Virus record (IMG/VR): IMGVR_UViG_3300009678_000070 | Coordinates: 1-51,104 of that record | Direction: 5' to 3' (one strand) | From: a virus | Lineage: Duplodnaviria > Caudoviricetes | Length of the DNA stretch: 51,104 nucleotides | Shown here: piece by piece, positions 1-9,800 of the stretch | Position numbering within the stretch: position 1 is the first letter of the stretch | Layout of the letters: each line of letters starts with the position of its first letter | Made by a program: the position numbers and the translations under genes | The notes under the pieces: model-generated | The model's database searches: none | Told to the model about the DNA's origin: nothing | The model's input: the letters and a program-made list of their open reading frames with translations, nothing else

Positions 1-51
1 AGTCTGCGCACGCGCGCGAGGGTTGGATCATGGGGGGGTCTTGGTAGTCGA

Positions 52-861
52 ATGACACGGAAAAACACGAGTAAAAAGCAGAACGGCTCGATAGAACAGC
101 AATGGCCCGCTGATGCAGTGGAGCGCGTGGCCATCGATGGGCTTATTCCTTACGCGCGCAATGCCCGCACGCACTCAGACGAGCAGGTCGCACAGATTGC
201 CGCATCGATGCGCGAATGGGGATTCACTAATCCGATTCTGGTAGACGAGGAAGGTACGATCATAGCGGGTCATGGTCGCATTCTGGCCGCGAGGAAACTG
301 GATCTGAAACAGGTCCCGGTCATGACAGCGAGGGGTTGGAGTGAAGCGCAGAAACGCGCATACGTTATCGCTGACAACAAGATCGCGTTGAATGCAGGAT
401 GGGATCCTGAACTGCTCGCGGTTGAACTGGATGAGTTGCGTGACCTGTCGTTCGACATGGACCTTCTAGGCTTCGCGGCGGCGGAACTGAACGACCTGAT
501 CGGCACGGACAAGACCGGCTTTGACGGTGAGGACGACGACGACACGCGCGGTCAGTTGCTTGCGATGGCGAATGTCACGCGCGCAGACCCGACTACGCAG
601 TGTCTGCCCGGTCAGTGCTGGAAATTGGGCGAGCACACGCTGATGGTGTGCGGTGTGATCGAAGGTTGGCCGCAATGGGTTAAGGCACTGCACGGCGATA
701 CGACATTATTCTGCCCGTTTCCCGGGCCATTCGTGCTGGCGAGCGAGAAGGCAAAAACGCACAGTCTGTTGCTGGTGCAGCCAGACACGTATGTCGCCGG
801 GCATATCGTGGATCGATATATTGACCTGTTCGGAAAAGATGGAGTATCGGTGTCGCAGTGA
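52..861 (+). CDS. ParB/Srx-like N-terminal domain protein; C-terminus resembles the start of a phage DNA methyltransferase without the catalytic part
   Basis: LIPYARNARTHSDEQVAQIAASMREWGFTNPILVDE..IIAGHGRILAA and RAYVIADNKIALNAGWD are typical ParBc motifs; PGQCWKLGEHTLMVCG resembles the MTase lead-in, but no DPPY or FxGxG follows. Confidence 0.8.
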   Translation: MTRKNTSKKQNGSIEQQWPADAVERVAIDGLIPYARNARTHSDEQVAQIAASMREWGFTNPILVDEEGTIIAGHGRILAARKLDLKQVPVMTARGWSEAQKRAYVIADNKIALNAGWDPELLAVELDELRDLSFDMDLLGFAAAELNDLIGTDKTGFDGEDDDDTRGQLLAMANVTRADPTTQCLPGQCWKLGEHTLMVCGVIEGWPQWVKALHGDTTLFCPFPGPFVLASEKAKTHSLLLVQPDTYVAGHIVDRYIDLFGKDGVSVSQ

Positions 862-1733
862 TTAAAACCGGCGGAACGTGGAATCCTGAAGAACGCGGCA
901 TCTATTTCGTTGCCGCTACGTGGGAGGACTTGGACCTGACGGAGCAGATGCATCAGCAGTTATTGCTGGCGGTCAATGTGATTCGGTCAGATGGAATCGA
1001 AAACCTGCGTCAAGGAATTGCGGACGGTACAAAAGTATTCATAGACAGTGGTATCTACGATCTCAACTCGAAATATGCGGCAGCACGCGGGATAGAGGTC
1101 AAAGACGCTGTGGCCACAGCACCAGAGCATGTCACAGGCTTCGATGCACTTTGGGATCGCTACGTGGAAGTCGTTCGAGCGATAGGCGATATTTCGTGGG
1201 GCTATGTGGAAATGGATCAAGGCGGGCGAGAGAACAAGATTCGCTTGCGTACCAAACTGGAAAACTTGGGCCTTCGACCAATCCCCGTATATCACCCATT
1301 GTCGGATGGCTGGGATTACTTCGACTACTTGGCAGAACGCTACGACAGAATTTGTCTTGCGAACGTTTCACACGCGAACCGTGGCGAGCGCAAGAGGCTG
1401 TTGGCAACGATTTGGGAGCGCCGGCAGAAATATCCGCACTTGTGGATACATGTACTCGGTCTCACGCCCACCGATCACTGTATCTCATATCCGGTTGAGT
1501 CGATGGACAGTAGCGCATGGATGAACCCGGTGATCTACGGCAGTCGTGGCGCAGCACTGCGTGTAGCGTTGTCACGATTCGACAATGTACCGCTTGGTCT
1601 TATCTACAGCCGCGACGTTGCTGCAGATCATAATATGGGCGGCAGCGCTGCAAGTGCATTCTGCGCGTACGATGCCATGCACTTGGCGAGGAACTTGAAG
1701 AACGTCATGGCAGAGTACAGGCGCGTGCTATGA
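858..1733 (+). CDS. dpdA: DpdA-like 7-deazaguanine DNA transglycosylase (TGT fold)
   Basis: VFIDSG, PIPVYH, WIHVLG and SMDSSAW motifs of TGT/DpdA-like proteins; directly upstream of folE-queD-queE. Confidence 0.75.
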   Translation: MIKTGGTWNPEERGIYFVAATWEDLDLTEQMHQQLLLAVNVIRSDGIENLRQGIADGTKVFIDSGIYDLNSKYAAARGIEVKDAVATAPEHVTGFDALWDRYVEVVRAIGDISWGYVEMDQGGRENKIRLRTKLENLGLRPIPVYHPLSDGWDYFDYLAERYDRICLANVSHANRGERKRLLATIWERRQKYPHLWIHVLGLTPTDHCISYPVESMDSSAWMNPVIYGSRGAALRVALSRFDNVPLGLIYSRDVAADHNMGGSAASAFCAYDAMHLARNLKNVMAEYRRVL

Positions 1734-2317
1734 CCGAGGGTCCCGATGCAGACGCAGCGCGGCAAGCAATCGAAGTGGCGACCCGCTTATCACTGCGCGC
1801 CGTGGGACTTGACGACGCACCCGGCATGGATGAGACCCCCGCAAGGGTGGCCCGTATGCTGGTCGACGACTTATGGGCAGGCATTTTCACGCCCGAACCC
1901 GAAGTCTGCGAGTTTGATATGGGGACAGACTTGGATCAGGTGTACGCGGTCGGACCTATAACCATTCGCAGCACTTGCGAACATCACTTAGCCGCGATCT
2001 ACGGCACGGCGTACATCGGCGTGCACTGCGAGAACACGGTACTCGGCTTGTCCAAGTTCGCCCGCCTTGCGCAGTGGGTTTTCGCTCGACCCATTGTGCA
2101 AGAGCGGGCGACGCACGAACTGGCGCACTTGCTCTACAATCGATCCAAGGCGCGGGGTATCGGTGTCGTAGTACGTGCGACGCATGACTGCATGAAAATG
2201 CGCGGCGTGCGCGAACCTGCATCGACTATGGTGACCAGCGAAATGCTCGGTACGTTCCGCAGCAACGGTGAGGCGCGCGCGGAACTCATGAAATTGTGGA
2301 ACGCGCAAGGTTTATGA
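1730..2317 (+). CDS. folE: GTP cyclohydrolase I
   Basis: ETPARVARM, STCEHH, GLSKFARL, QER and HDCMKMRGV signatures. Confidence 0.95.
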   Translation: MTEGPDADAARQAIEVATRLSLRAVGLDDAPGMDETPARVARMLVDDLWAGIFTPEPEVCEFDMGTDLDQVYAVGPITIRSTCEHHLAAIYGTAYIGVHCENTVLGLSKFARLAQWVFARPIVQERATHELAHLLYNRSKARGIGVVVRATHDCMKMRGVREPASTMVTSEMLGTFRSNGEARAELMKLWNAQGL

Positions 2318-2727
2318 TCTACGCCGAACGCTACCACGATATAAGTTGCGGGCATCGCGTGTACGGTCACGAGTCGAAGTGTGCGAACCTGCACGGCCAC
2401 AACTACCGTATCCACTTTTCGGTTCGTGGGGAACTGGATGAGTTGGGTCGTGTTCTGGACTTCGGCGCAATCAAGGAACGGCTGTGTCAGTGGATTGAGG
2501 ATACGTTCGACCATCGTTTCCTGATCTGGAATCAAGACCCGGACGCCCGCGCCTTGTACGCCTTGGACAACTCGGTGGTTCTATGTCCGTTCAATCCCAC
2601 GGCTGAGAACATTGGTCTACACTTGCTTGAAGTTGTCGGCCCTTTGGTATTGGCGGGAACCGGCGTGCAGTTGATCAAAGTTGTCGTTGAAGAAACGCGC
2701 AAGTGCAGCGCGGTGGTGACGGTGTGA
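2314..2727 (+). CDS. queD: 6-carboxy-5,6,7,8-tetrahydropterin synthase
   Basis: CGHRV..HESKCANLHGHNY, VLDFG, FDHRFL, PTAENIG, VEET; ATG at 2314 overlaps the folE stop (ATGA). Confidence 0.93.
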   Translation: MIYAERYHDISCGHRVYGHESKCANLHGHNYRIHFSVRGELDELGRVLDFGAIKERLCQWIEDTFDHRFLIWNQDPDARALYALDNSVVLCPFNPTAENIGLHLLEVVGPLVLAGTGVQLIKVVVEETRKCSAVVTV

Positions 2728-3389
2728 ACTATCCGGTCAACGAAATCTTCGACAGCCTGCAAGGCGAAGGCGCGCGCACGGGCACGCCGTCCACGTTCAT
2801 TCGACTACAAGGTTGTCCGGTCGGCTGCGCGTGGTGCGACACGAAGCACACTTGGGAAGTGGGTCGCGAAGTCAGCATCGATGCGATGCTTGCGAAGACG
2901 CATGTACCGAGCGATCAGTATGCAGTCATGTCAGAGACAGAACTGGTCGCGCAGATGCGCGCACGCACGCGCGCGGGCGGGAGTGTAGTAATCACAGGCG
3001 GCGAACCTGCGATCCATAACTTGCACCCGCTGACCGAAGCCTTATCGGATGCTTGCTTTGAGTGTCAGGTTGAAACCAGCGGCACGTTCCCGCTGTATGT
3101 GAGTGCAGCGACTTGGGTAACGTGCAGCCCGAAGATCAATATGCCGGGTGGCTTGAAACTGGATAGAGCATCAGTACTGCGCGCTGACGAGATCAAGATG
3201 CCGATTGGAAAACGCCGTGACATTGACTTGCTGCTGCAAGAAGTCTTGCCACTGGCCCGCAGGGCGCCTATCGTTTCCTTGCAGCCGTTGTCGCAATCGA
3301 AGAAGGCGACCGCACTGTGCATCGCCGAAGCAGCGAAACATGGCTGGTCGGTGTCGATTCAGACGCACAAGTATTTGGAATTGAGATAA
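2724..3389 (+). CDS. queE: 7-carboxy-7-deazaguanine synthase (radical SAM)
   Basis: EIFDSLQGEG, FIRLQGCPVGCAWCDT (CxxxCxxC), VITGGEP, VETSG, SIQTHKYL; GTG at 2724 overlaps the queD stop. Confidence 0.95.
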   Translation: MNYPVNEIFDSLQGEGARTGTPSTFIRLQGCPVGCAWCDTKHTWEVGREVSIDAMLAKTHVPSDQYAVMSETELVAQMRARTRAGGSVVITGGEPAIHNLHPLTEALSDACFECQVETSGTFPLYVSAATWVTCSPKINMPGGLKLDRASVLRADEIKMPIGKRRDIDLLLQEVLPLARRAPIVSLQPLSQSKKATALCIAEAAKHGWSVSIQTHKYLELR

Positions 3390-3859
3390 TGCCGGGACCG
3401 AAACCGAAACCCACGCACCTGAAACTGATCGAAGGCAATCGCGGCCGACAAAAACTCAACAAGAGCGAGCCAGTGCCGATTGGCGAGTTGAAGACGCCGC
3501 CTGACTGGCTGACCGATGAGCAGAAAGCAGGGTGGCAATACGCGATCAAGCACGCGCCACTCGGCTTGTTGAAGAAACTCGACCGTTCAGCACTGGCGGT
3601 ATGGGTGGTCGCAGAGGACTTGCACCGGCAGGCATCCGAGCGCGTGAACCTGACCGGTTTGATTACTCGGTCGCCGGTGCAGGGCGTGTATGTGCAGAAT
3701 CCTTACCTGCCGATTATCAATAAGCAGGCAATGATAATGTTGCGGGCAGCCGACCACTTGGGGTTCACTCCCACCTCGAGGTCGAGAATTCAGGTGAGCG
3801 GCGAGGGTGGTGGCAAGAAAAAAGGCAAAGCGAAAGACCCGTTCTTCTTCGACGACTAA
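3389..3859 (+). CDS. terS: terminase small subunit, P27 family
   Basis: MPGPKPKPTHLKLIEGNRG start, QNPYLPI, LGFTPTSRSRI; ATG overlaps the queE stop (TAATG). Confidence 0.92.
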   Translation: MPGPKPKPTHLKLIEGNRGRQKLNKSEPVPIGELKTPPDWLTDEQKAGWQYAIKHAPLGLLKKLDRSALAVWVVAEDLHRQASERVNLTGLITRSPVQGVYVQNPYLPIINKQAMIMLRAADHLGFTPTSRSRIQVSGEGGGKKKGKAKDPFFFDD

Positions 3860-5678
3860 TCGCGTCACCGTCTACGCAAAGGACGTACTGGCTGGTCGCA
3901 TAGTCGCCGGACCGCATGTGCGGAATGCCTGTCGTCGGCATCTGGACGATCTGAAGCGCAAGGATTTGCAGTTCGTCCCGAAGATGGCGAATCGGGCAAT
4001 GCTGTTTTTCGAATCGAAACTGATGCTGTCAGACGGTCAGTTCGAGGGACAGCGATTCGTACTGCGACCATCGCAAGCGTTCATTGTCGGATCACTTTTC
4101 GGTTGGTATCGCAAGGACGGCTTTCGTCGTTTCAGGCGCGCGTACATCGAGGAAGGCAAGGGCAACGGCAAGTCACCGCTGGCTGGCGGCATTGGTCTGT
4201 ACGGCTTGATGGTCGATGGCGAATCAGGAGCCGAGATTTACAGTGCAGGCGCGACCAAGGATCAGGCGGGCATCTTGTTTCGCGACGCGGTGAAGATGGT
4301 CGGGCAGTCGCCAGAACTCGATTCGCGCCTTACGCGCTCGGGCGGGCAGGGGCGCGAGTATAACTTGGCGTATCACGACACCGCATCGTTCTTTCGTCCG
4401 GTATCGCGCGAGACGAAGAAAACCGGCTCAGGGCCGCGCCCGCACATGGCGCTCGTTGACGAGTTACACGAGCACCCGGACGGCGGTGTGGTGGAAATGC
4501 TTGAACGCGGTTTCAAGTTTCGCCGTCAGCCATTGCTGCTGATGATTACCAATAGCGGCAGCGATAGGAACTCAGTCTGCTACGCCGAACACGAATGGGC
4601 GGTCAAGGTGGCAGCGGGCAATCCCGATTCTCCGACCGACCTGACGTATCTTGGCGAAGTGTTGGACGACACGACTTTCTCGTTCGTTTGCGGCTTGGAT
4701 ATTGACGACGATCCGCTCAACGATCCGTCTTGCTGGGCGAAGGCGAACCCGCTACTCGGCGTTACGATCACCGAGGAATACTTGGCTGGCGTGGTCGCGC
4801 AGGCGAAGAACATACCGACCAAGCGGAACTTGATCATGCGTCTGCACTTCTGCGTATGGACTGACGCGGAGACGGCGTGGCTGTCGCGCGCTGCATTAGA
4901 ACCCGTGCTGGCCGACTTTGATCCTGTAATCCACCACGGAAAATTGGTGGCGCTAGGGCTTGACTTGTCGCAGGTGCGTGACCTGACTGCGTTGGGCGCA
5001 GTCGTCAAGACTGGCGAGATAGAAGTTCCCGCCATTGATAAGAACGGCAACGAAGTGGTGCTGCGCAAGCCTACGTTCGATGCATGGATAGAAGCGTGGA
5101 CTCCGCGCGACACCATGCGCGCGCGCGCGGACCAAGACAAGATGCCGTATCCGTTGTGGGTCGAGCAAGGTCACTTGCACGCACCGCAAGGCGAGACGAT
5201 CAGTTACCGGCATGTCGCACAAACGCTGGTTGAGTACGACCGAGATTTTCGCGTGAGCATCATCGGCTACGACCGATATGCATTCCGACGCTTTGAAGAA
5301 GATGTGAATGCACTCGGTTTGATCTTGCCATTCGTGGAACACCCGCAGGGCGGCACGAAGAAAAGCAAGCCGACGCCACAGATGGAACTGGCCGCGCGCA
5401 AGGCAGGAACGCATGTCGAAGGCTTGTGGTTTCCTGCTTCGCTGCGACTGACCGAGGAAGCCATTTTTGAAAAGCGGATTCGTTTGCGCAGGAACCCGGT
5501 GCTTATCTCCGCGATGATGTCTGCTGTTGTCGAATCTGACAAGTGGGACAACTCGTGGCTTGCGAAGTCGAAGTCGATAAACAAGATCGACGCGGCAGTC
5601 GCACTCGTGATTGCGGTTGGCTGTGCCAACTCGATCAATCTTGAAACACAACCATTGCGCTTGTTTGCGCTAGGGTGA
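3807..5678 (+). CDS. terL: terminase large subunit (HK97-like)
   Basis: Walker A GKGNGKS, Walker B ALVDELHE, MITNSG, nuclease LGLDLS and KIDAAVAL. Confidence 0.96.
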   Translation: MVARKKAKRKTRSSSTTNRVTVYAKDVLAGRIVAGPHVRNACRRHLDDLKRKDLQFVPKMANRAMLFFESKLMLSDGQFEGQRFVLRPSQAFIVGSLFGWYRKDGFRRFRRAYIEEGKGNGKSPLAGGIGLYGLMVDGESGAEIYSAGATKDQAGILFRDAVKMVGQSPELDSRLTRSGGQGREYNLAYHDTASFFRPVSRETKKTGSGPRPHMALVDELHEHPDGGVVEMLERGFKFRRQPLLLMITNSGSDRNSVCYAEHEWAVKVAAGNPDSPTDLTYLGEVLDDTTFSFVCGLDIDDDPLNDPSCWAKANPLLGVTITEEYLAGVVAQAKNIPTKRNLIMRLHFCVWTDAETAWLSRAALEPVLADFDPVIHHGKLVALGLDLSQVRDLTALGAVVKTGEIEVPAIDKNGNEVVLRKPTFDAWIEAWTPRDTMRARADQDKMPYPLWVEQGHLHAPQGETISYRHVAQTLVEYDRDFRVSIIGYDRYAFRRFEEDVNALGLILPFVEHPQGGTKKSKPTPQMELAARKAGTHVEGLWFPASLRLTEEAIFEKRIRLRRNPVLISAMMSAVVESDKWDNSWLAKSKSINKIDAAVALVIAVGCANSINLETQPLRLFALG

Positions 5679-5681
5679 TTT

Positions 5682-6239
5682 ATGCACAGAATGTTTTCCG
5701 TTATTGAAGTCAAAGCCGTTGACGAAGACCAGAGAATACTGCGTGGCACGGCAACGACTCCTTCACCGGATCGCATGGGCGATATTGTCGAGCCGTTGGG
5801 TATTCGGTATCGCAATCCTTTGCCGCTGCTGTGGCAGCACAATGCAAGTTCGCCAGTCGGTCAGGCAAAGTTCTTCAAGCCGACCAAGGACGGCGTGGAC
5901 TTCGAGGCTGAAATTCTCGAACTCGACGAGCCGGGCGAATTGAAAAACCGTCTTGATCTGGCATGGCAGTCCGTCAAGGCAAAATTGGTGCGCGGTGTGT
6001 CGATTGGTTTTCGTGCAATCGAAACCGCGTTTATGGACAACGGTGGAATGCACTTCCTCGAAACCGAAGTGCTGGAACTCTCGCTCGTAACCATACCGGC
6101 GAATGCAGAAGCCACAATTCACACGGTCAAAGGTTTTGATGCCGTGCAGCGTGGCGCAGTACGTCTGATCCGAATTGATAAAATCGAACGTCTCACCCTT
6201 CTGCACAAGGGAGCCGTGAGACTGTCTGCAAAGCAATAA
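5682..6239 (+). CDS. HK97-family prohead protease
   Basis: DRMGDIVEP, PLLWQH, GVSIGF, ELSLVTIPAN. Confidence 0.93.
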   Translation: MHRMFSVIEVKAVDEDQRILRGTATTPSPDRMGDIVEPLGIRYRNPLPLLWQHNASSPVGQAKFFKPTKDGVDFEAEILELDEPGELKNRLDLAWQSVKAKLVRGVSIGFRAIETAFMDNGGMHFLETEVLELSLVTIPANAEATIHTVKGFDAVQRGAVRLIRIDKIERLTLLHKGAVRLSAKQ

Positions 6240-6361
6240 CTCTTTCGTGTCACGGCCGCTGTCTGCCGCCGCTGATACCGTGAAGCGATTCCGCCCCTGA
6301 AAGGCCGAACATCGCCGGACCGCCGACAGGCGGCATTCTCTTTTCAATCTGGAAAACGACC

Positions 6362-7762
6362 ATGAACATGGCAGAGCACATTGCCAAACTCGAAGCGACT
6401 ATCGCGGACAAGCGCAAGGCAATGCAGGACATCATGCAGCGTTCGGCGGACGAGAATCGCTCGACCGACGAAGCAGAGTCGGCGGAAGTTGATACGCTGG
6501 CAAAAGAAGTGAAGGCACTCGACGCGGACCTCACGCGCTGGCGCGCAATGCAGGCAGTCGATGCGGCAACCGCAAAAGCAGTTCAGACGCCGCAACAGCC
6601 CGGCGAAGGTCAGCATGTCAGCACGCTGCAACTCAAGCGTCAGCCGCAGAAACTGCAACCGGGTATCGCGTTCGCGCGTTATGCACGCTGCAAAGGGCTG
6701 GCGTATCTCGATCACGAGTCGCCGCGCACCATCGCCAAGTCTCTTTACCCGGACGATCAGGCGCTTTATCACGCGCTCAATCGGAAGGCGGCAGTACCCG
6801 CAGCCAACACCATCGACGATACGTGGGCAGGCTACCTCGTAACCGACGGTGGCATGTTCGCTGACTTCGTAGAATGGCTGCGCCCGCAGACCATCATCGG
6901 ACAGTTCGGCACGGGCAATATCCCGGCGCTGCGGCAGGTTCCATTCAACGTTCCGTTGCTCGGTCAGACTTCGGGTGGCGTGGCACAATGGGTCGGCGAA
7001 GGCAAAGCCAAGCCGCTGACCTCGTGGGCGTTCGGTCGCAATATCCTGACCCCGCTCAAGGTCGCAACCATCGCAGTCGCCACCATGGAACTGCTGCGCG
7101 ATTCCAGTCCGTCAGCCGATGCGAATATCCGCGACGAAATTGCTGCGGCGGTTCGCGAACGTCTTGACATCGACTTTATTGATCCGGGCAAGGCAGCAGT
7201 CACTAACGTGTCGCCTGCTTCGATCACGAATGCAGCCACGCCGATTCCTTCCGCTGGCTCGGATGCAGAGGACGTTCGTACCGATCTGAAGGCACTGTTC
7301 GGTGCGTTCATCGCGGCGAACAATGCGCCGACCTCCGGCGTGTGGATCATGTCGTCAACGACCGCGCTGTCGCTGTCTCTGCTTCAGAATCCTCTCGGTC
7401 AGGCAGAGTTTCCGGGCATCGGCATGATGGGCGGTATGCTGTTCGGACTGCCCGCAATCGTGTCGGAATACGCAGCACGAGACACCGAAGGATCGCTGGT
7501 GATTCTGGTCAACGCGCGCGATGTCTACATCGCGGACGAAGGCGGAATCGATGTGTCGGTTTCCAGCGAAGCATCGCTCGAGATGGACACCGTACCGACC
7601 AATGCGTCGGCACCGGCGGGCGCAGTGACGGAAACCACAATGGTTTCCTTGTGGCAGACCAACAGCGTCGGCTTCCGCGCCGAGCGCACAATGAACTGGG
7701 CGCTCCGCAGAGCAGAAGCGGTTCAGTACATCGAGGGTGTAACTTGGGGTGACGCGAGTTAA
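6362..7762 (+). CDS. major capsid protein, HK97 fold with N-terminal coiled-coil delta domain
   Basis: coiled-coil N-terminus; AQWVGEGKAKP, ELLRDSSP, LFGLPAIVSEY, SLWQTNSVGFRAER. Confidence 0.93.
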   Translation: MNMAEHIAKLEATIADKRKAMQDIMQRSADENRSTDEAESAEVDTLAKEVKALDADLTRWRAMQAVDAATAKAVQTPQQPGEGQHVSTLQLKRQPQKLQPGIAFARYARCKGLAYLDHESPRTIAKSLYPDDQALYHALNRKAAVPAANTIDDTWAGYLVTDGGMFADFVEWLRPQTIIGQFGTGNIPALRQVPFNVPLLGQTSGGVAQWVGEGKAKPLTSWAFGRNILTPLKVATIAVATMELLRDSSPSADANIRDEIAAAVRERLDIDFIDPGKAAVTNVSPASITNAATPIPSAGSDAEDVRTDLKALFGAFIAANNAPTSGVWIMSSTTALSLSLLQNPLGQAEFPGIGMMGGMLFGLPAIVSEYAARDTEGSLVILVNARDVYIADEGGIDVSVSSEASLEMDTVPTNASAPAGAVTETTMVSLWQTNSVGFRAERTMNWALRRAEAVQYIEGVTWGDAS

Positions 7763-7782
7763 TCGCCGAACTTCGTGGTGAG

Positions 7783-7827
7783 TCCGGTGGCGGTGCGATT
7801 TGGCTACGAACGCCGCCACCGGATTTT
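7783..7827 (+). terminator. possible weak intrinsic terminator after the capsid gene
   Basis: tccggtggcgg ... ccgccaccgga stem followed by tttt. Confidence 0.45.
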
Positions 7828-7839
7828 CAGGAGAGCAAT

Positions 7840-8157
7840 ATGAGCAAGGTCGAGGTCGAATACACGCGCACGCGCAAGCGCAAGTACATACAGAAACAGT
7901 ACGCGGATATTCTGGAACGACTTGGGTTGGTCAAGCGTGTGCTGCCCGAAGCGCGACCGCAACAGAAGGTGCAGTCACGGCGAACCATTTCAGGATCAGG
8001 CGATCTTAGGAGCGGTCCTGCGACAGCGGGTATTCCTGTCGCTGATGCCTTGCAGGACGCAAAGGTGGAACTGCAAGTGCAGACCGCAACGAAAGGCAGT
8101 ATCAAGCCCGGAAAAAAGAAGCGCGTCTACAAACGCCGCGATCTTGAATCCGAGTAA
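7840..8157 (+). CDS. hypothetical basic protein between capsid and portal
   Basis: RBS caggag; Lys/Arg-rich, ends KKKRVYKRRDLESE. Confidence 0.75.
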   Translation: MSKVEVEYTRTRKRKYIQKQYADILERLGLVKRVLPEARPQQKVQSRRTISGSGDLRSGPATAGIPVADALQDAKVELQVQTATKGSIKPGKKKRVYKRRDLESE

Positions 8158-8162
8158 CGTCG

Positions 8163-9587
8163 ATGCAGTTATTCGGGTTCGAAATTACGCGCAAGCAAAA
8201 GGCCGTGAGCGCAGTGCCGGATTATTCGCGCGGATGGCATCGCATCCTCGAACCGTGGAGTGGCGCGTGGCAGCACAATGTCGAGGAAGTCTACGCCGAC
8301 CTGTACTGCTATCCGACATTGTTCGCGTGCATATCGGCGCCAGCACAGGACATCGGCAAGTTGCCGTTCGTGCTCGTGCGACAGACCGATGGGATCTGGC
8401 GACCCGAAGAAAATACTGCTTACACGCCAGTGCTTCGAAAGCCGAATTACTATCAGACCGCACAGCAGTTCCGCGAGTCGTGGATTCTCTCGAAGCAGCA
8501 GCACGGCAACACCTACGTCCTGAAAGAGCGCGACAACCGCGGCGTGGTCACAAGTTTGTATGTGCTCGAACCGAATCACATTCGGCCAGCGGTCAGCGAT
8601 AGTGGCGCAGTTTTTTACGAGGTATGGAATCGAGGCTACTCGTGGAACCTGCCGCAACTGCCTGAGAATCGGTTCGCATCGCGCGAGTCCGGCAACGTTC
8701 TGATCCCCGCCTCTGAAATCATTCACGACCGGGCGAATACCTTTCACCATCCACTGATCGGCGTGCCGCCTGTCTGTGCTGCGTACTGGCCAGCAGTCAA
8801 GAACCTGCGCATCCTCAGAAGTTCGGCAACGTTCTTCGGCAATGGCGCTGCACCGGGCGGCATCCTGACTGCGCCTGCTGGCATGAGCGACGCAGACGCC
8901 GCTGCGCTCAAGTCGTATTGGGATACGAACTTCTCAGGCGAGAACGCGGGCAAGGTTGCGGTGATTGGCGCGGACATGAAATTCACCGCGTTCGCTGTGA
9001 AGGCTGCTGACTCGCAACTCGTCGAGCAAATGAAATACTCCGACGAGCAAATCTGCCAAGCGTTCAGAATCAAGCCGTACAAGATCGGCATTGGTAATCC
9101 ACCGGGCGGGTGGAAGTCAGACGATGTGAACGTCGAGTACTACGGCGACTGCTTGTCACCGATGATTGAGTCGATGGAAAACCTGCTTGACGAAGGGCTG
9201 CGAATCTCGCTGCCACTTGGCGTCGAAGTGGATGTGGACCCGCTATGGAGAATGGACGAAGGCAAGTTGGCCGATGTGGAAACAAAACTCGTCACCGGCA
9301 AGATCAAGACGCCGGACGAAGCGCGCATCAAGTTCAACCTGTCGCCGACCGGTGGCGGCGATACCTTGTGGGGGCAGCATCAGGACTACCCGCTCGGTAT
9401 GCTGCGCGACCGCAATGACCTTGCACCGACCGAGCCGCCAGAGGAACCGCCGCCAGCCGAGGAAGTTGATCCTGACGACGACGAGTTGGCCGAGCGCGTG
9501 TACACCGCGCTGATCGGCGAACCTGACCTAACCGACCTGTTCGTTGACGCCAAGTTGGACCGGCTGGCGCAGCGACGCATCGCTTGA
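8163..9587 (+). CDS. portal protein, HK97 family
   Basis: LRKPNYYQT, HGNTYV, IPASEIIHDR, FFGNGAAPGGIL, TPDEARIKFNLSP. Confidence 0.94.
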   Translation: MQLFGFEITRKQKAVSAVPDYSRGWHRILEPWSGAWQHNVEEVYADLYCYPTLFACISAPAQDIGKLPFVLVRQTDGIWRPEENTAYTPVLRKPNYYQTAQQFRESWILSKQQHGNTYVLKERDNRGVVTSLYVLEPNHIRPAVSDSGAVFYEVWNRGYSWNLPQLPENRFASRESGNVLIPASEIIHDRANTFHHPLIGVPPVCAAYWPAVKNLRILRSSATFFGNGAAPGGILTAPAGMSDADAAALKSYWDTNFSGENAGKVAVIGADMKFTAFAVKAADSQLVEQMKYSDEQICQAFRIKPYKIGIGNPPGGWKSDDVNVEYYGDCLSPMIESMENLLDEGLRISLPLGVEVDVDPLWRMDEGKLADVETKLVTGKIKTPDEARIKFNLSPTGGGDTLWGQHQDYPLGMLRDRNDLAPTEPPEEPPPAEEVDPDDDELAERVYTALIGEPDLTDLFVDAKLDRLAQRRIA

Positions 9588-9626
9588 CGTTTCACGTGGA
9601 TCGAAACCTCAGACGGAGGATTTAAG

Positions 9627-9779
9627 ATGAGTCTTTCAGTGTTGTTTTTATTGGTGGCGGTGGTTCTGTTTATCGTGGCGGCACTCGGCGTTTCGGTTCC
9701 GAGAGTGCAACTCGGATGGGTAGGACTCGCGTTCTTCGCCGGTTCGTTTCTGGTATCGAGCGTCAACTTCACCGGCTGA
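9627..9779 (+). CDS. 50-aa two-TM membrane protein (not in the ORF track)
   Basis: RBS ggagga; translates to MSLSVLFLLVAVVLFIVAALGVSVPRVQLGWVGLAFFAGSFLVSSVNFTG; followed by a terminator. Confidence 0.8.
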   Translation: MSLSVLFLLVAVVLFIVAALGVSVPRVQLGWVGLAFFAGSFLVSSVNFTG

Positions 9780-9800
9780 CGACAGGCACGCAAACTCACA

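Noticed and set aside
858-1733. tRNA-guanine transglycosylase (tgt) for queuosine tRNA modification
   Set aside because: Short, no C-terminal CxCxxC zinc site, no queA/queF/queG and no tRNA genes seen; context fits DNA-acting DpdA.
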